A stretch of DNA of 64,000 nt from Candidatus Dormiibacterota bacterium. Lineage in GTDB: Bacteria; Chloroflexota; Dormibacteria; Aeolococcales; Aeolococcaceae. The notes beneath the pieces were generated by a model. That model made no database searches. It was not told the origin of the DNA and was given only the letters and a program-made list of their open reading frames with translations. Both the position numbers and the translations under genes were made by a program. Location of the stretch: contig CAVPXI010000015.1 of assembly GCA_963709585.1 (NCBI GenBank), forward strand, positions 32,001 to 96,000. Direction: 5' to 3'. Numbering within the stretch: position 1 is the first letter of the stretch; each line of letters begins with the position of its first letter. Shown piece after piece: positions 41,169 through 52,440 of the stretch.

Positions 41169-43819
41169 TCAACCTGGGCTGACCGGAATGCTGTTGAGCA
41201 CCTCGTCGAGCATGCGCAGAAACCGTTGAACTTTCACGGGTTTCGTCAAGTATGCGTACGCTCCCGCGGCGAGCAGCTGTTTGCGACGGCGCTCGGTGGC
41301 GTCTGCGCTGCACATGACGACCGGCACGCCGGCGGTTCGCGGATCGGCTCGGAGTTGGGCGAGCACATCATCGCCCTGGATGTCCGGGAGGTGCAGGTCG
41401 AGCACGATCAGATCGGGATGATGCTCGCGCGCGAGCTCCAGGGTGAGGCCCCCTTGCATCGCGGTGATCAGACGAATCTGCGGACGCATCGCGAACACCT
41501 CCTCCATCAACCCGACGGTCGCGAGGTTGTCCTCGACGTAGAGCACCGTGCGCCTGCCGGTGACGACCGGGACGGCAAGCGGAGGTCTGCGGCGTGGTCG
41601 CGTCTTGACAACCGAAGCCGGCGAGCGGTTGAGCCTGATCCAGAAACTGCTCCCAACGCCGCGCTCGCTGTCGACACCGATGGTTCCGTGCATGCCCTGG
41701 ACGAGCTTGCGGGTCAAGGCGAGACCGAGACCGGTGCCGGGAACCGTGGTTCGCTCCGCGCCAAGTCGCTCGAAGGGCTGAAACAGCCGTGCCTTCTCAT
41801 CTGCGGTGAAGCCGGGTCCTGTGTCGCGAACCACCAGGCGGATGAACTCGCCGGCGGAGCCGTTCGCTCTCCCGGGTCCGGCGGCACCAGCCGCCTCCGT
41901 CTCGCGCGCCGCCTCGACGTGGATGTGCGCGTCGTTGCCCGAGTACTTCACTGCGTTGGACAGCAGGTTCAGCAGAGCCTGCACGAGCCGCTGCCGATCC
42001 GCGAGCACGTGATCCGCCGCGCAGTCCCCAAGCGAGCGCGTGATCTTGATGTGGCGGCTCAGCGCGGAGGGGGCCACCAGCCGGACGCACTCCTCCACCG
42101 TCGCCTCGAGCGCCACCGGCTCGAGTGCGAACGTCTCCCGTCCGGACTCGATGCGGGCGATATCGAGGACGTCGTTCACCAGGCTGAGCAGGTGGCCGCC
42201 TGCCTCCTGCACGGCGGCGATCGCCTCGGTCTGGTCGTCGCGCGGCTCGCGCATCTCGAGCAGATCGCTGTAGCCGAGAATCGCGGTGAGCGGGGTGCGC
42301 AGCTCATGGCTCATGCGCGAGAGGTACTCGCTCTTGGCCTGCGACGCCTGCTCGGCCACATCGCGAGCCTCGCGCAATGCTGCTGCCGCCACCTTATCGG
42401 CGGTGACGTCGCGGCCGATCTCGATGACCGCGTCCGGCCGGCCGGCGCCATCCTTCTGCAACGCCCATCGCACCGCGACATTGATGCGGTCTCCCGCCTT
42501 CGTCGTCTGGATGATCTCGCCTTCCCAGCGCCCGACCGACTGGAGGACGTCGAGGATCGCCTCGCGGCTTTCCAGCAGCTCGGAGCGCAGCAGCTCGGCC
42601 GGGTCGCGACCGATTGCCTCGTCGCTGCCCCACCCGTACAGCTCCTCAGCCCCCTTGTTCCAGAAGGTGATCAGCTGGGTGCGCACGCTCCAGGTGGTCA
42701 CGGCGTCGTACGCCAGATCGAGGAGCTGCGAGCTGCGTCGCATCCGCTCCACGAGCAGCACCCGGTCGAGCGCGGGCGTCAGCGCGGTCGCGTACTGGGT
42801 CAGGCGGAGCGCCTCATCGTCGCCGAACAGGGGCGTGAGCGGCCCGGACTTGACCGCCATGATGCCGCGGCTGAGCTGCGCCTCGAGCACGACCCGCATG
42901 ACTCCTCGCGACCGTGTCGGATGCCGGGTAACCAACCTCACCCCGGCGTCGTCGCTCGTGTCGGAGACGAGATTCCAGGCCGCGGAACGGTCGAGCCCGT
43001 GCATCGCCAGCACCTCGCCGTCGTCGGTGGCGATCACCGCCGCGTCGGCGCCGACCAGACGCGCCGCCCACTCGACGGCGCGCTCGGCGAGACGTTGGCG
43101 GTCGGGCGAGTACATGACCAGCTCGGTGAATGCCTCGCGGAAGTCCCCCTCCTCTCCCTGGCTCCAGAGCCCGCGCAGCCAACGGGGCGGCTCGAAGCCG
43201 ACGTAGAAGAACGGCAGCACGGCCAGCGCCGGGATCGCAATGGTGATCTCGGGAAATTCACGTCGGAGAACGACTTCCGCGCCGACCGCGAGACAGAGCG
43301 CGGCGATCACCCCGGCGTACGCGAGGGTGATCGAGCGAAGCCTCGCGCGTTGGACACGGGGCATCGCCGCGGACATCCCCCACAGCCTGATCGCGGGCTC
43401 CACCACGCACCCGAGCCAGACAAGCGCGAGCACCACGACGACCAGACGCTGCTGAGTCGATTGCGCTCCCGCGACGGAGATCCCTGCGATGCAGACGAGA
43501 ACGATGGTTGCGAGCGCCACGCGCTGACCCCGAACGTGACCACGGCGGTCAGCCGGGTCATCGCCGCGCGAAAACCGAAGAACGCCCAGCCGGACGCGAG
43601 GAACAGGGTCAGGAAGACGTCGCTCGTCCACGTGGCCCTCTCCCCGGTGAGCATTGCGGCGGTGGCCGCAACACCGCACGCACACAGCAGCACGATCGAC
43701 AGCGCGAGAAATCCGCGCGTGAGATCGCGCTGGCGCAGCCACCCGTCGACGGTGAATGTGCCCAGGAGGATGCAGGCGCCCCCCAAAGCCCACGACAGGA
43801 CCAAGGTCGCAGTGCTCAA
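41169..43819 (-). CDS. Membrane hybrid sensor histidine kinase (PAS-HisKA-HATPase-REC; apparent frameshift near 43520)
   Basis: WNKGAEELYGW, MSHELRTPL, NLLSNAVKY, DTGPG, GTGLGL, LDLHLPD. Confidence 0.92.
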
Positions 43820-43889
43820 GGCACCGTTCAGTATCAGCCCGGATTCGGGAATTGGCCCGACTTCACCGTTTTGTGAAGTCCGGACGCCG

Positions 43890-44445
43890 CTACGCGCCTG
43901 CCTCGGTACCACCCGACGCGTAGAGAGGATGGTCGCGAAAGACCGACATGATCTCGAGGTCCACCAACCGGCCTCCGAGCCAGTAGTGACGGCGAAGAAT
44001 CCCTTCGGTCGCGAATCCGGCTTTCTCGTACGCGCGCCTCGCTCGTTCATTGCCCTCGTAGACATCGAGCGACACCTTCTCCATCGCCATATGGTCGAAG
44101 GCATATCCGACGGCGAGCCGGCATGCTTCGGTGCCGAAACCCTGGTTCCAGCGCTCGGGAGGTCCGATCCAGATCCCCCACTGGCAATTTCGATTGCGAT
44201 GATTGATCTGGTGCAGCCCGGTCGAACCGATCGGCTGGCCGTCGCTCAGGCATTCGATCGTCCAGCCGACCGTGTCCGGATGCGTGGTCCGCACCCACTC
44301 CAGCGCCTCGCGGTGTCCATAGGGAACCCACGCCCAGGATGGCCAGGAAGCGCACGACCTCCGGGTCGACGAGCGTCGCCGCGAAGAAGTCGGCGTCGGC
44401 CTCGGTGGTGGCGCGAAGCCGGACCTTTGCCCCAGTCAGATCCAT
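43890..44445 (-). CDS. RimJ/RimL-type GNAT acetyltransferase (apparent frameshift near 44341)
   Basis: LTGAKVRLR, WNQGFGTEA, NERARRAYEKAGF. Confidence 0.85.
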
Positions 44446-44448
44446 CGG

Positions 44449-45562
44449 CTACGTCAGCCGTGCTGCACCGTTTGGTGATGACCCCATCACCTCGATCACC
44501 GCGTCGGCGACCTGTGAGGTGCCGACGGCAGTCGGGTCGTCGCGCTCGGGCTTCATGTCATAGGTGACGCTGCGACCCTCCGCGATCACGCGCGCGATCG
44601 CCTGCTCGAGGCGGTCGCCCGCGACCGCCCTCACCGATGTGACGCAACATGAGCACGCCGCTGAGCATCATCGCCATGGGGTTCGCCTTGTTCTGCCCCG
44701 CGTATTTCGGCGCGCTGCCGTGCGTCGCCTCGAACACCGCGACCTCGTCGCCGATGTTCGCGCCGGGTGCGAGACCGAGCCCACCGGTGAGGCCGGCGCA
44801 CAGGTCGCTGAGAATGTCGCCGAAAAGATTCGGCATCACCATGACGTCGTACAACTCGGGCTTCTGCACGAGTTGCATCGCCATATTGTCGACGATGCGA
44901 TCCTCGAACGCGATCTGCGGAAACTCGCGGCTCACCTCCTCGGCGACCCGCAGCCAGAGTCCCTCCGTGTATTTCATGATGTTTGCCTTGTGCACGGCAG
45001 TCACCTTGTGGCGTCCGTTGTCGATCGCCCACTGGAAGCCGAAGCGGAACACGCGCCGCGTGCCGAAGATGGACGCCGGCTTGATGCTGATGCCCGAGTC
45101 GGCACGGATCTTGCGTCCGCCGAGCCGTTCGATGTCAGCGATCAGCTCGAGGGTTTCCGGCTCTCCTTCGGCAAACTCGATGCCGGCATACAGGTCTTCG
45201 GTGTTCTCCCGTATGACCACGAGGTCGACGTTCTCGTAGCGGCTGCGCACGCCGGGATATGACTTGCACGGGCGTATCAACGCGAAGAGGTCGAGCTCGC
45301 GTCGCAGTGCGACGTTGACCGACCTGATCCCCTTGCCGATCGGAGTCGTCAGCGGACCTTTGATCGCGACCTTGTTGCGACGGATCAACTCGAGCACATG
45401 CGCCGGCAATGGATCGCCGTACTCCTCCATCACACCGAGTCCGGCGTCGTGCACCTCCCAGTCGATGGCGACGCCGGTGGCGTCGATGACTCGGCGCGCG
45501 GCGTCGCTCACCTCCGGCCCGACGCCATCGCCGGGTATCAACGTGATCGTGTGTCGCGCCAT
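44449..45562 (-). CDS. Isocitrate/isopropylmalate dehydrogenase family protein (apparent frameshift near 44629)
   Basis: [45 protein letters not shown]. Confidence 0.93.
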
Positions 45563-45615
45563 GCTCGTGCTCTCCTCAAGATGGTGGAAGCGCCAAGTCT
45601 GACAAACTGCGCCGG

Positions 45616-46476
45616 GTGTGGACCCGCGGGCTCGCGCGCTGGTACGACGTGCATGGGCGGCATGACCTGCCGTGGCGGGCGACCGCCGACCCCTGGGCGA
45701 TCCTTGTCAGCGAGGTGATGCTCCAGCAGACGCAGGTCACGCGGGTTGCGGGCAGGTGGGAGTCATTCCTCGCTCGCTGGCCGACGCCGGGCGCATGCGC
45801 GTCAACCCCACTCCCGGTGGTATTGCGCGAATGGCAGGGGCTCGGCTACCCGCGTCGCGCTCGAGCCATGCACGACACGGCAGGAGTCGTCGCCGGCGGC
45901 GGATGGCCGGACACCGAAGCCGGCCTGCGCTTGCTCCCAGGAGTCGGTGCGTACACGGCGAGGGCGCTGCGCGTCCTCGCATTTGGAGCGTCGACGGTCC
46001 CACCCCAGGACGTCAATATCGCCCGGGTGACGGCTCGGGCGGCGCTCGGCAGAGAGCCGCATGAAGTCCGTCGAGGGTCACTTGAAGAACAGCTCGCGGC
46101 CGGAAGACCTCGGGGCATGAGCGCGCGGGCCTACACATACGCGCTCTTCGACGCGGGCGCGCTGCACTGCCGTGCACGACCGTCCTGTCAACGCTGCCCG
46201 CTCGCCGCGACGTGCTCATCGCGCAGCCGCCTCGCCGCAGCGCCTCCCGAACCGCGGCGACGTTCGCCTCGGTATCACGGCAGCACGCGCGAACTCCGCG
46301 GAGCCGTTCTCCAGGCGATGCTCGCCGACCCCCCGCCCGCGACCATCGACGAGCTGCGCTCCCGAGCCGGGGCGGCGGCCGCAAGACGCCCCCCGGCCGA
46401 TACTGCCGTGGTGCTCGACACGCTCATCCACGAGGGATTGGTTCGTCAGACCCCGCGCGTGGTTAGGATCAATTGA
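45616..46476 (+). CDS. mutY: A/G-specific adenine glycosylase
   Basis: [34 protein letters not shown]-x6-C-x2-C-x5-C FeS motif. Confidence 0.9.
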   Translation: MWTRGLARWYDVHGRHDLPWRATADPWAILVSEVMLQQTQVTRVAGRWESFLARWPTPGACASTPLPVVLREWQGLGYPRRARAMHDTAGVVAGGGWPDTEAGLRLLPGVGAYTARALRVLAFGASTVPPQDVNIARVTARAALGREPHEVRRGSLEEQLAAGRPRGMSARAYTYALFDAGALHCRARPSCQRCPLAATCSSRSRLAAAPPEPRRRSPRYHGSTRELRGAVLQAMLADPPPATIDELRSRAGAAAARRPPADTAVVLDTLIHEGLVRQTPRVVRIN

Positions 46477-46477
46477 C

Positions 46478-47479
46478 GTGTCCACATCTTCCGGTTACCT
46501 CGACATGGTCGGTCGCGACCTCTGGGCGCGAGACGTTTTCACCTTCATCCCCGATCGCGACCTGCCTCCCCCGCCGGACACGATCACGCCCGGGACCGGT
46601 CCAAGGGTGGCGTTCGCCGGATTCCCGTCGGACTTCAGCCTGGCCTTCCTGCTCCGGGTGCTCCAGCTCGACGTCCACCCGGTGGCCATCATCACGTCGC
46701 CAGGCGCACACCCGGCCATCCTCGGCGACAACGCGCTGAGCCGTATCGCCGACCATCTCGGCATCCCACTCATTCGCGCGTGGCGCATCAACGACGAACA
46801 CTCCCGGTTCGAGCTCGACGAACTCGGTCTCGATGCGGTGGTGATGGCGAGCTTCGATCAGATCGTAGGGGCGAGAGCGCTGGCGCTCCCGAAGCACGGC
46901 TGGCTCAACGTGCACCCGAGCCTCCTCCCTGCGTACCGCGGCCCGGAGCCCGTGTACTGGGCGATCGCGGACGGCGCACCGGTGACCGGCATCTCGATGC
47001 ACAAGGCCGTGGCCAAGGTCGATTCGGGGCCGATCCTCGCCCAGGCCGAGGTGCCGATCCTGCCCAGTGACACGGCGGGCACGCTGACCCGGCGGCTGGT
47101 CGAAGCCGGCATGACGCTGCTGCCCGAGGCGGTCGACGGCCTGCTCCATGACGCGCCCGGGATCGCGATCGACATGTCGACCTCGTCGTATCGCACCTCG
47201 ATCGGACACCGGCCACTCGACGAGGCGGGGTCGGCAGAGGAGGCCGAGCGCATGGTCCGAGCGGGCGCTCCGAACATGCTCCCCTGGGTGATGCGCGACG
47301 GCCGTGCGGTCTACGTCAGGGCGGCACGCGTGGCGAACGGCGCCTCCGTGGACGGCGTGCCGGTCATGCACTTCCCCGCCGGGGATCTCGTGCTCCTCGA
47401 GACCATGGACACGTGCGGCTGTCACCACAACACCAATGACTGCGCTCACCGCCGGTCGCAAACCGTGACGGGTCGATGA
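46478..47479 (+). CDS. Formyltransferase (Fmt-like) family protein
   Basis: NVHPSLLPAYRGPEP, VDSGPIL. Confidence 0.85.
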   Translation: MSTSSGYLDMVGRDLWARDVFTFIPDRDLPPPPDTITPGTGPRVAFAGFPSDFSLAFLLRVLQLDVHPVAIITSPGAHPAILGDNALSRIADHLGIPLIRAWRINDEHSRFELDELGLDAVVMASFDQIVGARALALPKHGWLNVHPSLLPAYRGPEPVYWAIADGAPVTGISMHKAVAKVDSGPILAQAEVPILPSDTAGTLTRRLVEAGMTLLPEAVDGLLHDAPGIAIDMSTSSYRTSIGHRPLDEAGSAEEAERMVRAGAPNMLPWVMRDGRAVYVRAARVANGASVDGVPVMHFPAGDLVLLETMDTCGCHHNTNDCAHRRSQTVTGR

Positions 47480-47535
47480 AAGGTGTGCGCTGAACGGGCA
47501 TATGCGAAGAGGACGCCGGTTATGATCCAGCCGCG

Positions 47536-47982
47536 ATGGTCGAAAACGGTCTCCCTGCTGTGCTCGTCGTCGAGGACGACGACGCTGTCCGCGGATTTCT
47601 GACCTATGCCCTGCAGAGCGGCGGCCATGCGACGCTCGGTGTTCGCACCGGCGAGGAGGCGATGGCGGTACTCCGGACCACTCCGGCGGCAGTCATCCTC
47701 ATCGACGGCATCCTCCCCGACATGCACGGCATCCGCCTTGCCCGGGCGATCCTCGAGGATCCGAAGCTCAAGCGCGTCGCAATCAGTTTCGTGACCGGCG
47801 CGATCCGCGACGGCAGGCCCGCGACCGCAGGTGTCGGCGCTCTCAGCAAGCCGCTCCGGGCGCGGGACCTCGTCGAGTCGGTCAATGGCCTCCTGCGCTG
47901 GCGCGCGGCAGGGGGAAGCCCGCAGTCTCAACGCCGGGCAGCGCTTGCCGAGCTCGAGCACCTGTTCCTCGTCGGCGCGTGA
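47536..47982 (+). CDS. Stand-alone response regulator receiver
   Basis: VLVVEDD, IDGILPDMHG, LSKP. Confidence 0.85.
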   Translation: MVENGLPAVLVVEDDDAVRGFLTYALQSGGHATLGVRTGEEAMAVLRTTPAAVILIDGILPDMHGIRLARAILEDPKLKRVAISFVTGAIRDGRPATAGVGALSKPLRARDLVESVNGLLRWRAAGGSPQSQRRAALAELEHLFLVGA

Positions 47983-48015
47983 GCGCCGAGGTCACCCACG
48001 TGGGACGATCGTGGC

Positions 48016-48429
48016 ATGAATGAGTCGCGAACGCTGTCACTCCTGCCCTGGCAGGTCACGCTGACGGAGTTCACTCGGAAAGCCGGCGAGGCGGGCGAGG
48101 ATGGCGCCTGCTGCGCGTTCGTCGTCGATCCCTCGATTCCGCAGTCCGCCCGCGGCGGCTACGCGTCGCTTGTGATGGCCTACTCGCGAGCCGACGAGCC
48201 GGTTTGCGTGCTCGACGACGGTGCCGCGCTGGTCCTTGTCGGGGATGGTGGGATCGCATCCGGGAAGGCGCTTGCCGAGCGGGTGCTGGCGCAGATGCGC
48301 CGCCTGGCGCTGGACAAGACCCTCACCGCGGGTGTGGCCCTGATCGGCGATGACCCGAGCCATGCGGTGACTGCGGCGCGAGCCGCTGCCGGATCGGTGT
48401 CCGCGGGCAAGGTCGGAACCCAGGACTGA
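48016..48429 (+). CDS. Hypothetical protein, possibly degenerate GGDEF-like fold
   Basis: SRADEPVCVLDDGAALVL...LAERVL...LTAGVA pattern, with no GGDEF motif. Confidence 0.55.
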   Translation: MNESRTLSLLPWQVTLTEFTRKAGEAGEDGACCAFVVDPSIPQSARGGYASLVMAYSRADEPVCVLDDGAALVLVGDGGIASGKALAERVLAQMRRLALDKTLTAGVALIGDDPSHAVTAARAAAGSVSAGKVGTQD

Positions 48430-48442
48430 CGTCGGACCTCAG

Positions 48443-50257
48443 TCAGCGGCGGTTGAGGACTGTGGCGATGCGCCGTGGCAGCGGGTCGCGTCGCAGCTGC
48501 TCGAGCGTCCTTGGCAGCGGGATGGACCAGTTCGGCCGGTCGAGCTCACCGGGTAGATTCGGCCGGCGTTCCGCCAGGCTCGCGTCGTCGAGCGTCGCCA
48601 CGATCAGCCTGCTGGGAGCGCGACCGAGCGCGGCGTAGGCGCGCTCGACCACCAGCGACGCCGGATCACCTTCGGACGCACCGGCGAGACGCTGCAGCCG
48701 GCGGTGTACGCCGAGCTCGGCTCTGCGATTGATGGATCTGCCGCTGGACTCCATCTCGGCGAGATCCGCGCCGGTCCACACGCCGGCTGCGGTCGGCAGA
48801 TCGTGCGTCGTCAACGCGGCGAGCGCCTGGGTCGGGTATTGCTCGGGCGGTTTGGTCTCGAACCACGCGAGCCGGTAGGAGAGCAGACCGCGCCGGCGCA
48901 ACTCCGGGCGGACCCCGGATTCCACGGTGCCGAGGTCCTCGCCGACGACCCCGCATCCTGTCCGGACACTTTCGAGCGCGAGGATGTCGAGCAACTCGCT
49001 CGCCGGATAGCGGACGTAGGCGCCTGCCGAGGGGTCGCCCGACCCGAGCGGCACCCACCACAGGCGGAACATGCCCATCACATGGTCGATGCGCACCCCG
49101 ATGCCGGCACGCATCATCCGGCGCATCGTCGCGACCAGGGGAGCGTATCCGCCCGCGCGCAGCCGGCCTGGGTCGAACGGCGGGACACCCCAGTCCTGGC
49201 CCGCTGGATTGAAGTCATCGGGCGGAGCTCCGATCCGGGCGCCCGAGGCGGTGACGTCCTGCCACAGCCACGAGTCCGCGCCGTCGGGTGCGAAGCCGAC
49301 AGCAAGGTCGTGGACCAGGGGCAGCTCACGTCCGGCACTGGCGAGCTGGGTGTCGAGCGACCACTGCAGCCAGCGGTGGAAGTCGACCCTCGAACGATCG
49401 GTCTCGAGCAGAGCGCGAACGGCGCGACCGTCAGCCCGTCGATACCGCGCCGGCCACGAGCTCCAGGAGCCGGCGTGGCGCTCGGCGAGGACGCAGAAGC
49501 AGGCGTAGCGCTCGAGCAGGAGGCCCTCGCGTGCGACGTAGGCGTCGAAGCCGGGATCGCCACGGAAGCGCGACCAGAGCGCGTCGAGCGCGCGCAGCTT
49601 CAGTGGCATGACCAGGTCGCGATCGATGAGCGGCGCGCCCCGCAAGCGCTCCGCGTCCCGCATGAGCCCACGGACGACGGGGTCATCGCGTGCGCCGGGG
49701 AGGTCCTGAATCCGGAGGTACAGAGGGTTTCGATAGAGGCGGCTGGACGGGAAGTACGGGCTCGCCTCCTGGGGCGTGCCCGGGCGCACGGCGTGCAGCG
49801 GGTTGACCAGGAGCATCGCGGCGCCATTCCTGCGCGACCACGACCCGAGCGCGCGAAGATCGCCGAGATCGCCGACCCCCCATCCGTCGCGGGACCGCAC
49901 CGCATAGAGCTGCGCGGCCCAGCCCCACCCACGCAGCGCGTCCGGAATCGCGCACCTCCCCGGGCTGGTGACCATCGGCACGCGGCGGCCGTCGCGCATC
50001 ACGAGCCGGTGGTATCCGCATGGCGCGTCGCGGCTGAGGAAGCTGCCGCCCGAAAGCTCGGCGCCGCCCTCCAGCTCGACGCTACGGACCCCGCGCGGCA
50101 GCCGGGCTCCTGGGCGAACGAACGCGGGCTCGGTCTCACCACCGTCGACGGGGCGCATGCACGCTGCAACCGCGCGCGCATGCCCGGTGCTCACCCTCCG
50201 GCGAGCGCCCGTCGCATCCACGTACTCTCTCTGGACTCCCCAGACGGCGCCGGTCAC
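48443..50257 (-). CDS. malQ: 4-alpha-glucanotransferase (GH77)
   Basis: GVGDLGDL, SPYFPSSR, DLAVG, GAPPD, RIDHVMG, GEDLG, TTHDLPT. Confidence 0.93.
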   Translation of the reverse strand: MTGAVWGVQREYVDATGARRRVSTGHARAVAACMRPVDGGETEPAFVRPGARLPRGVRSVELEGGAELSGGSFLSRDAPCGYHRLVMRDGRRVPMVTSPGRCAIPDALRGWGWAAQLYAVRSRDGWGVGDLGDLRALGSWSRRNGAAMLLVNPLHAVRPGTPQEASPYFPSSRLYRNPLYLRIQDLPGARDDPVVRGLMRDAERLRGAPLIDRDLVMPLKLRALDALWSRFRGDPGFDAYVAREGLLLERYACFCVLAERHAGSWSSWPARYRRADGRAVRALLETDRSRVDFHRWLQWSLDTQLASAGRELPLVHDLAVGFAPDGADSWLWQDVTASGARIGAPPDDFNPAGQDWGVPPFDPGRLRAGGYAPLVATMRRMMRAGIGVRIDHVMGMFRLWWVPLGSGDPSAGAYVRYPASELLDILALESVRTGCGVVGEDLGTVESGVRPELRRRGLLSYRLAWFETKPPEQYPTQALAALTTHDLPTAAGVWTGADLAEMESSGRSINRRAELGVHRRLQRLAGASEGDPASLVVERAYAALGRAPSRLIVATLDDASLAERRPNLPGELDRPNWSIPLPRTLEQLRRDPLPRRIATVLNRR

Positions 50258-50292
50258 GTCGGGAGCCCCAGATCAGCCAAACGAGTGGAGCC

Positions 50293-52437
50293 ATGACTGT
50301 TCCAGAGCTTTCCGCCGCCGGACGCGCGCCCAGCAGCCGCGCCGCATGGCCAGGTGCCGACGCCCCGCTCGGCGCAACCTGGGACGGATCGGGCACCAAC
50401 TTCGCGATCTTCTCGGAGAGCGCGGAGGCGGTCGACCTCATCCTCTTCGACGAGCGAGGGGCCGAGCTCGCCACCCATCCGCTCGTCGAGCGGACCGACC
50501 TCGTCTGGCACGGATACATCGCCAACATCGGGCCCGGTCAGCGCTATGGATTCCGAGTTCACGGGCGCTACGCGCCCCATGAGGGGTTGCGTCACAACCC
50601 CGCCAAGCTGCTGCTCGATCCGTACGCTCGTGCCATCGCCGGCCGGTTTCGCCACGGCCGCTCGCTTTTTGGATATCGCCTCGGCAGCGACGACCTGCGC
50701 ATCAGCGGCGTCGATTCCGCGCCGGCCATGCCGCGCTGCGTGATCGTCGACCAGTCGTTTCCATGGGGCGATGACCGCCGCCCCAACACACCGTGGTCGG
50801 ACACGATCATCTACGAGTTGCACGTCAAGGGCTTCACCAAGCGCCACCCGGACATCCCCGAGGCGCTGCGGGGCACGTACGCCGGCCTGGCGCATCCCGC
50901 CGCGATCGAGCATCTCATGCGGGTCGGCGCCACTGCGGTGGAGTTGATGCCCGTGCACCACTTCTACAACTCCGCGCAGCTCGTGGAACGCGACCTCGTG
51001 AACTACTGGGGCTACAACTCCATCGGCTACTTCGCTCCCGAAGGACGCTACTCGTCCTCCGGCACCAACGGCGAGCAGGTGCGCGAGTTCAAGGCCATGG
51101 TGCGCGCGCTTCACGCCGCGGGACTCGAGGTGATCCTCGACGTGGTCTACAACCATACCGGCGAGGGGAATCACCTGGGTCCGACGCTCAGCTTTCGCGG
51201 CATCGACAACGCCGCCTACTACCGGCTCAACGACGAGGACCCTCGCTTCTACTTCGATGTGACCGGCACCGGGAACAGTCTCAACGTCAGGAACCCGCAC
51301 ACCCTGCAACTGATCATGGACAGTCTTCGCTACTGGGTCATCGAGATGCACGTCGACGGGTTCCGTTTCGATCTCGCCTCCGCTCTGGCGCGCCAGTTCT
51401 ACGATGTCGACCGGCTGTCGGCATTCTTCGACATCATCCATCAGGATCCGGTGCTGTCGCGAGTGAAGCTGGTCGCGGAACCGTGGGACGTCGGCGCGGG
51501 TGGCTACCAGGTCGGCAACTTCCCGGTTCGCTGGGCGGAATGGAACGGGGCGTTCCGCGACACGGTGCGCGACTTCTGGCGCGGCGCCACCGGCATTCGC
51601 GACCTTGCGTACCGGCTCACCGGATCGAGCGACCTGTACCAGGGGGACGGCCGTCAACCGTCGGCGAGCGTCAACTTCGTCACCGCGCACGACGGCTTCA
51701 CGCTGTCCGACCTCGTCGCATACAACGAGAAGCACAACCTGGTGAATGGGGAGAACAACCAGGATGGCACCGACGACAATCGCTCATGGAACTGCGGCGT
51801 CGAGGGCGACACCGACGACCCGGAGATCCTCGAGTTGCGCGCGCGCCAGCGCCGCAATCTCATCGCCACGGTTCTGCTTTCCGAGGGATGTCCGATGTTG
51901 CTCGGGGGCGACGAGATCGGACGCACCCAGCACGGCAACAACAACGCGTACTGCCAGGACAACGAGATGTCATGGTTCGACTGGGAGCATCTCGACGAGC
52001 CGATGCTCGGGTTCGTTGCGCGGATCGTCGCACTGCGCCGGAGTGACCCGGTGCTGCGCCGGCGAAACTTCTTCTCGGGTCAGGCCGTGCATGGGTCCGG
52101 CCGCAAGGACATCGCCTGGTTCCTGCCCTCGGGACGCGAGGTGAGCGACCACGAGTGGTTCGACGACGGGCAGCGCTCGCTCGGGATGATCCTCAACGGC
52201 GACGAGATTCCCGACCGCGATCCGCGCGGCCGGCGGATCCGCGGCGGCACGCTCATGGTGCTGCTCCATGCAGGGGAAGAGCAGGTCGGATGGATTATCC
52301 CGAGTGGCTGGGGCGATTTGTGGTCGGTGTTCGCCGACACCGGCGAGCGTGACGTGACCCCGTCGACCCGTCACCACCACCCGGGCGAGGAGGTGACCGT
52401 GGCCGGGCGGTCGTTGGTCGCGCTCCTCCGCGTCTGA
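50293..52437 (+). CDS. glgX: Glycogen debranching enzyme (GH13 isoamylase)
   Basis: NYWGYN, DVVYNHTGEG, DGFRFDLA, AEPWD, NFVTAHDGFTL, GNNNAYCQDN. Confidence 0.97.
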   Translation: MTVPELSAAGRAPSSRAAWPGADAPLGATWDGSGTNFAIFSESAEAVDLILFDERGAELATHPLVERTDLVWHGYIANIGPGQRYGFRVHGRYAPHEGLRHNPAKLLLDPYARAIAGRFRHGRSLFGYRLGSDDLRISGVDSAPAMPRCVIVDQSFPWGDDRRPNTPWSDTIIYELHVKGFTKRHPDIPEALRGTYAGLAHPAAIEHLMRVGATAVELMPVHHFYNSAQLVERDLVNYWGYNSIGYFAPEGRYSSSGTNGEQVREFKAMVRALHAAGLEVILDVVYNHTGEGNHLGPTLSFRGIDNAAYYRLNDEDPRFYFDVTGTGNSLNVRNPHTLQLIMDSLRYWVIEMHVDGFRFDLASALARQFYDVDRLSAFFDIIHQDPVLSRVKLVAEPWDVGAGGYQVGNFPVRWAEWNGAFRDTVRDFWRGATGIRDLAYRLTGSSDLYQGDGRQPSASVNFVTAHDGFTLSDLVAYNEKHNLVNGENNQDGTDDNRSWNCGVEGDTDDPEILELRARQRRNLIATVLLSEGCPMLLGGDEIGRTQHGNNNAYCQDNEMSWFDWEHLDEPMLGFVARIVALRRSDPVLRRRNFFSGQAVHGSGRKDIAWFLPSGREVSDHEWFDDGQRSLGMILNGDEIPDRDPRGRRIRGGTLMVLLHAGEEQVGWIIPSGWGDLWSVFADTGERDVTPSTRHHHPGEEVTVAGRSLVALLRV

Positions 52438-52440
52438 CCT

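Noticed and set aside
41226-44567. Long antisense ORFs (e.g. 1113 aa at 41226-44567, 715 aa at 27044-29191)
   Set aside because: Expected stop-free shadows of high-GC genes, with no motifs of their own.
18837-45562. Widespread pseudogenisation or programmed frameshifting (lon, icd, sigma, cyclase, kinase, GNATs, SBP)
   Set aside because: Each break is a single-base indel in a short homopolymer or at GAGTC, with otherwise intact motifs. Assembly error is more parsimonious.
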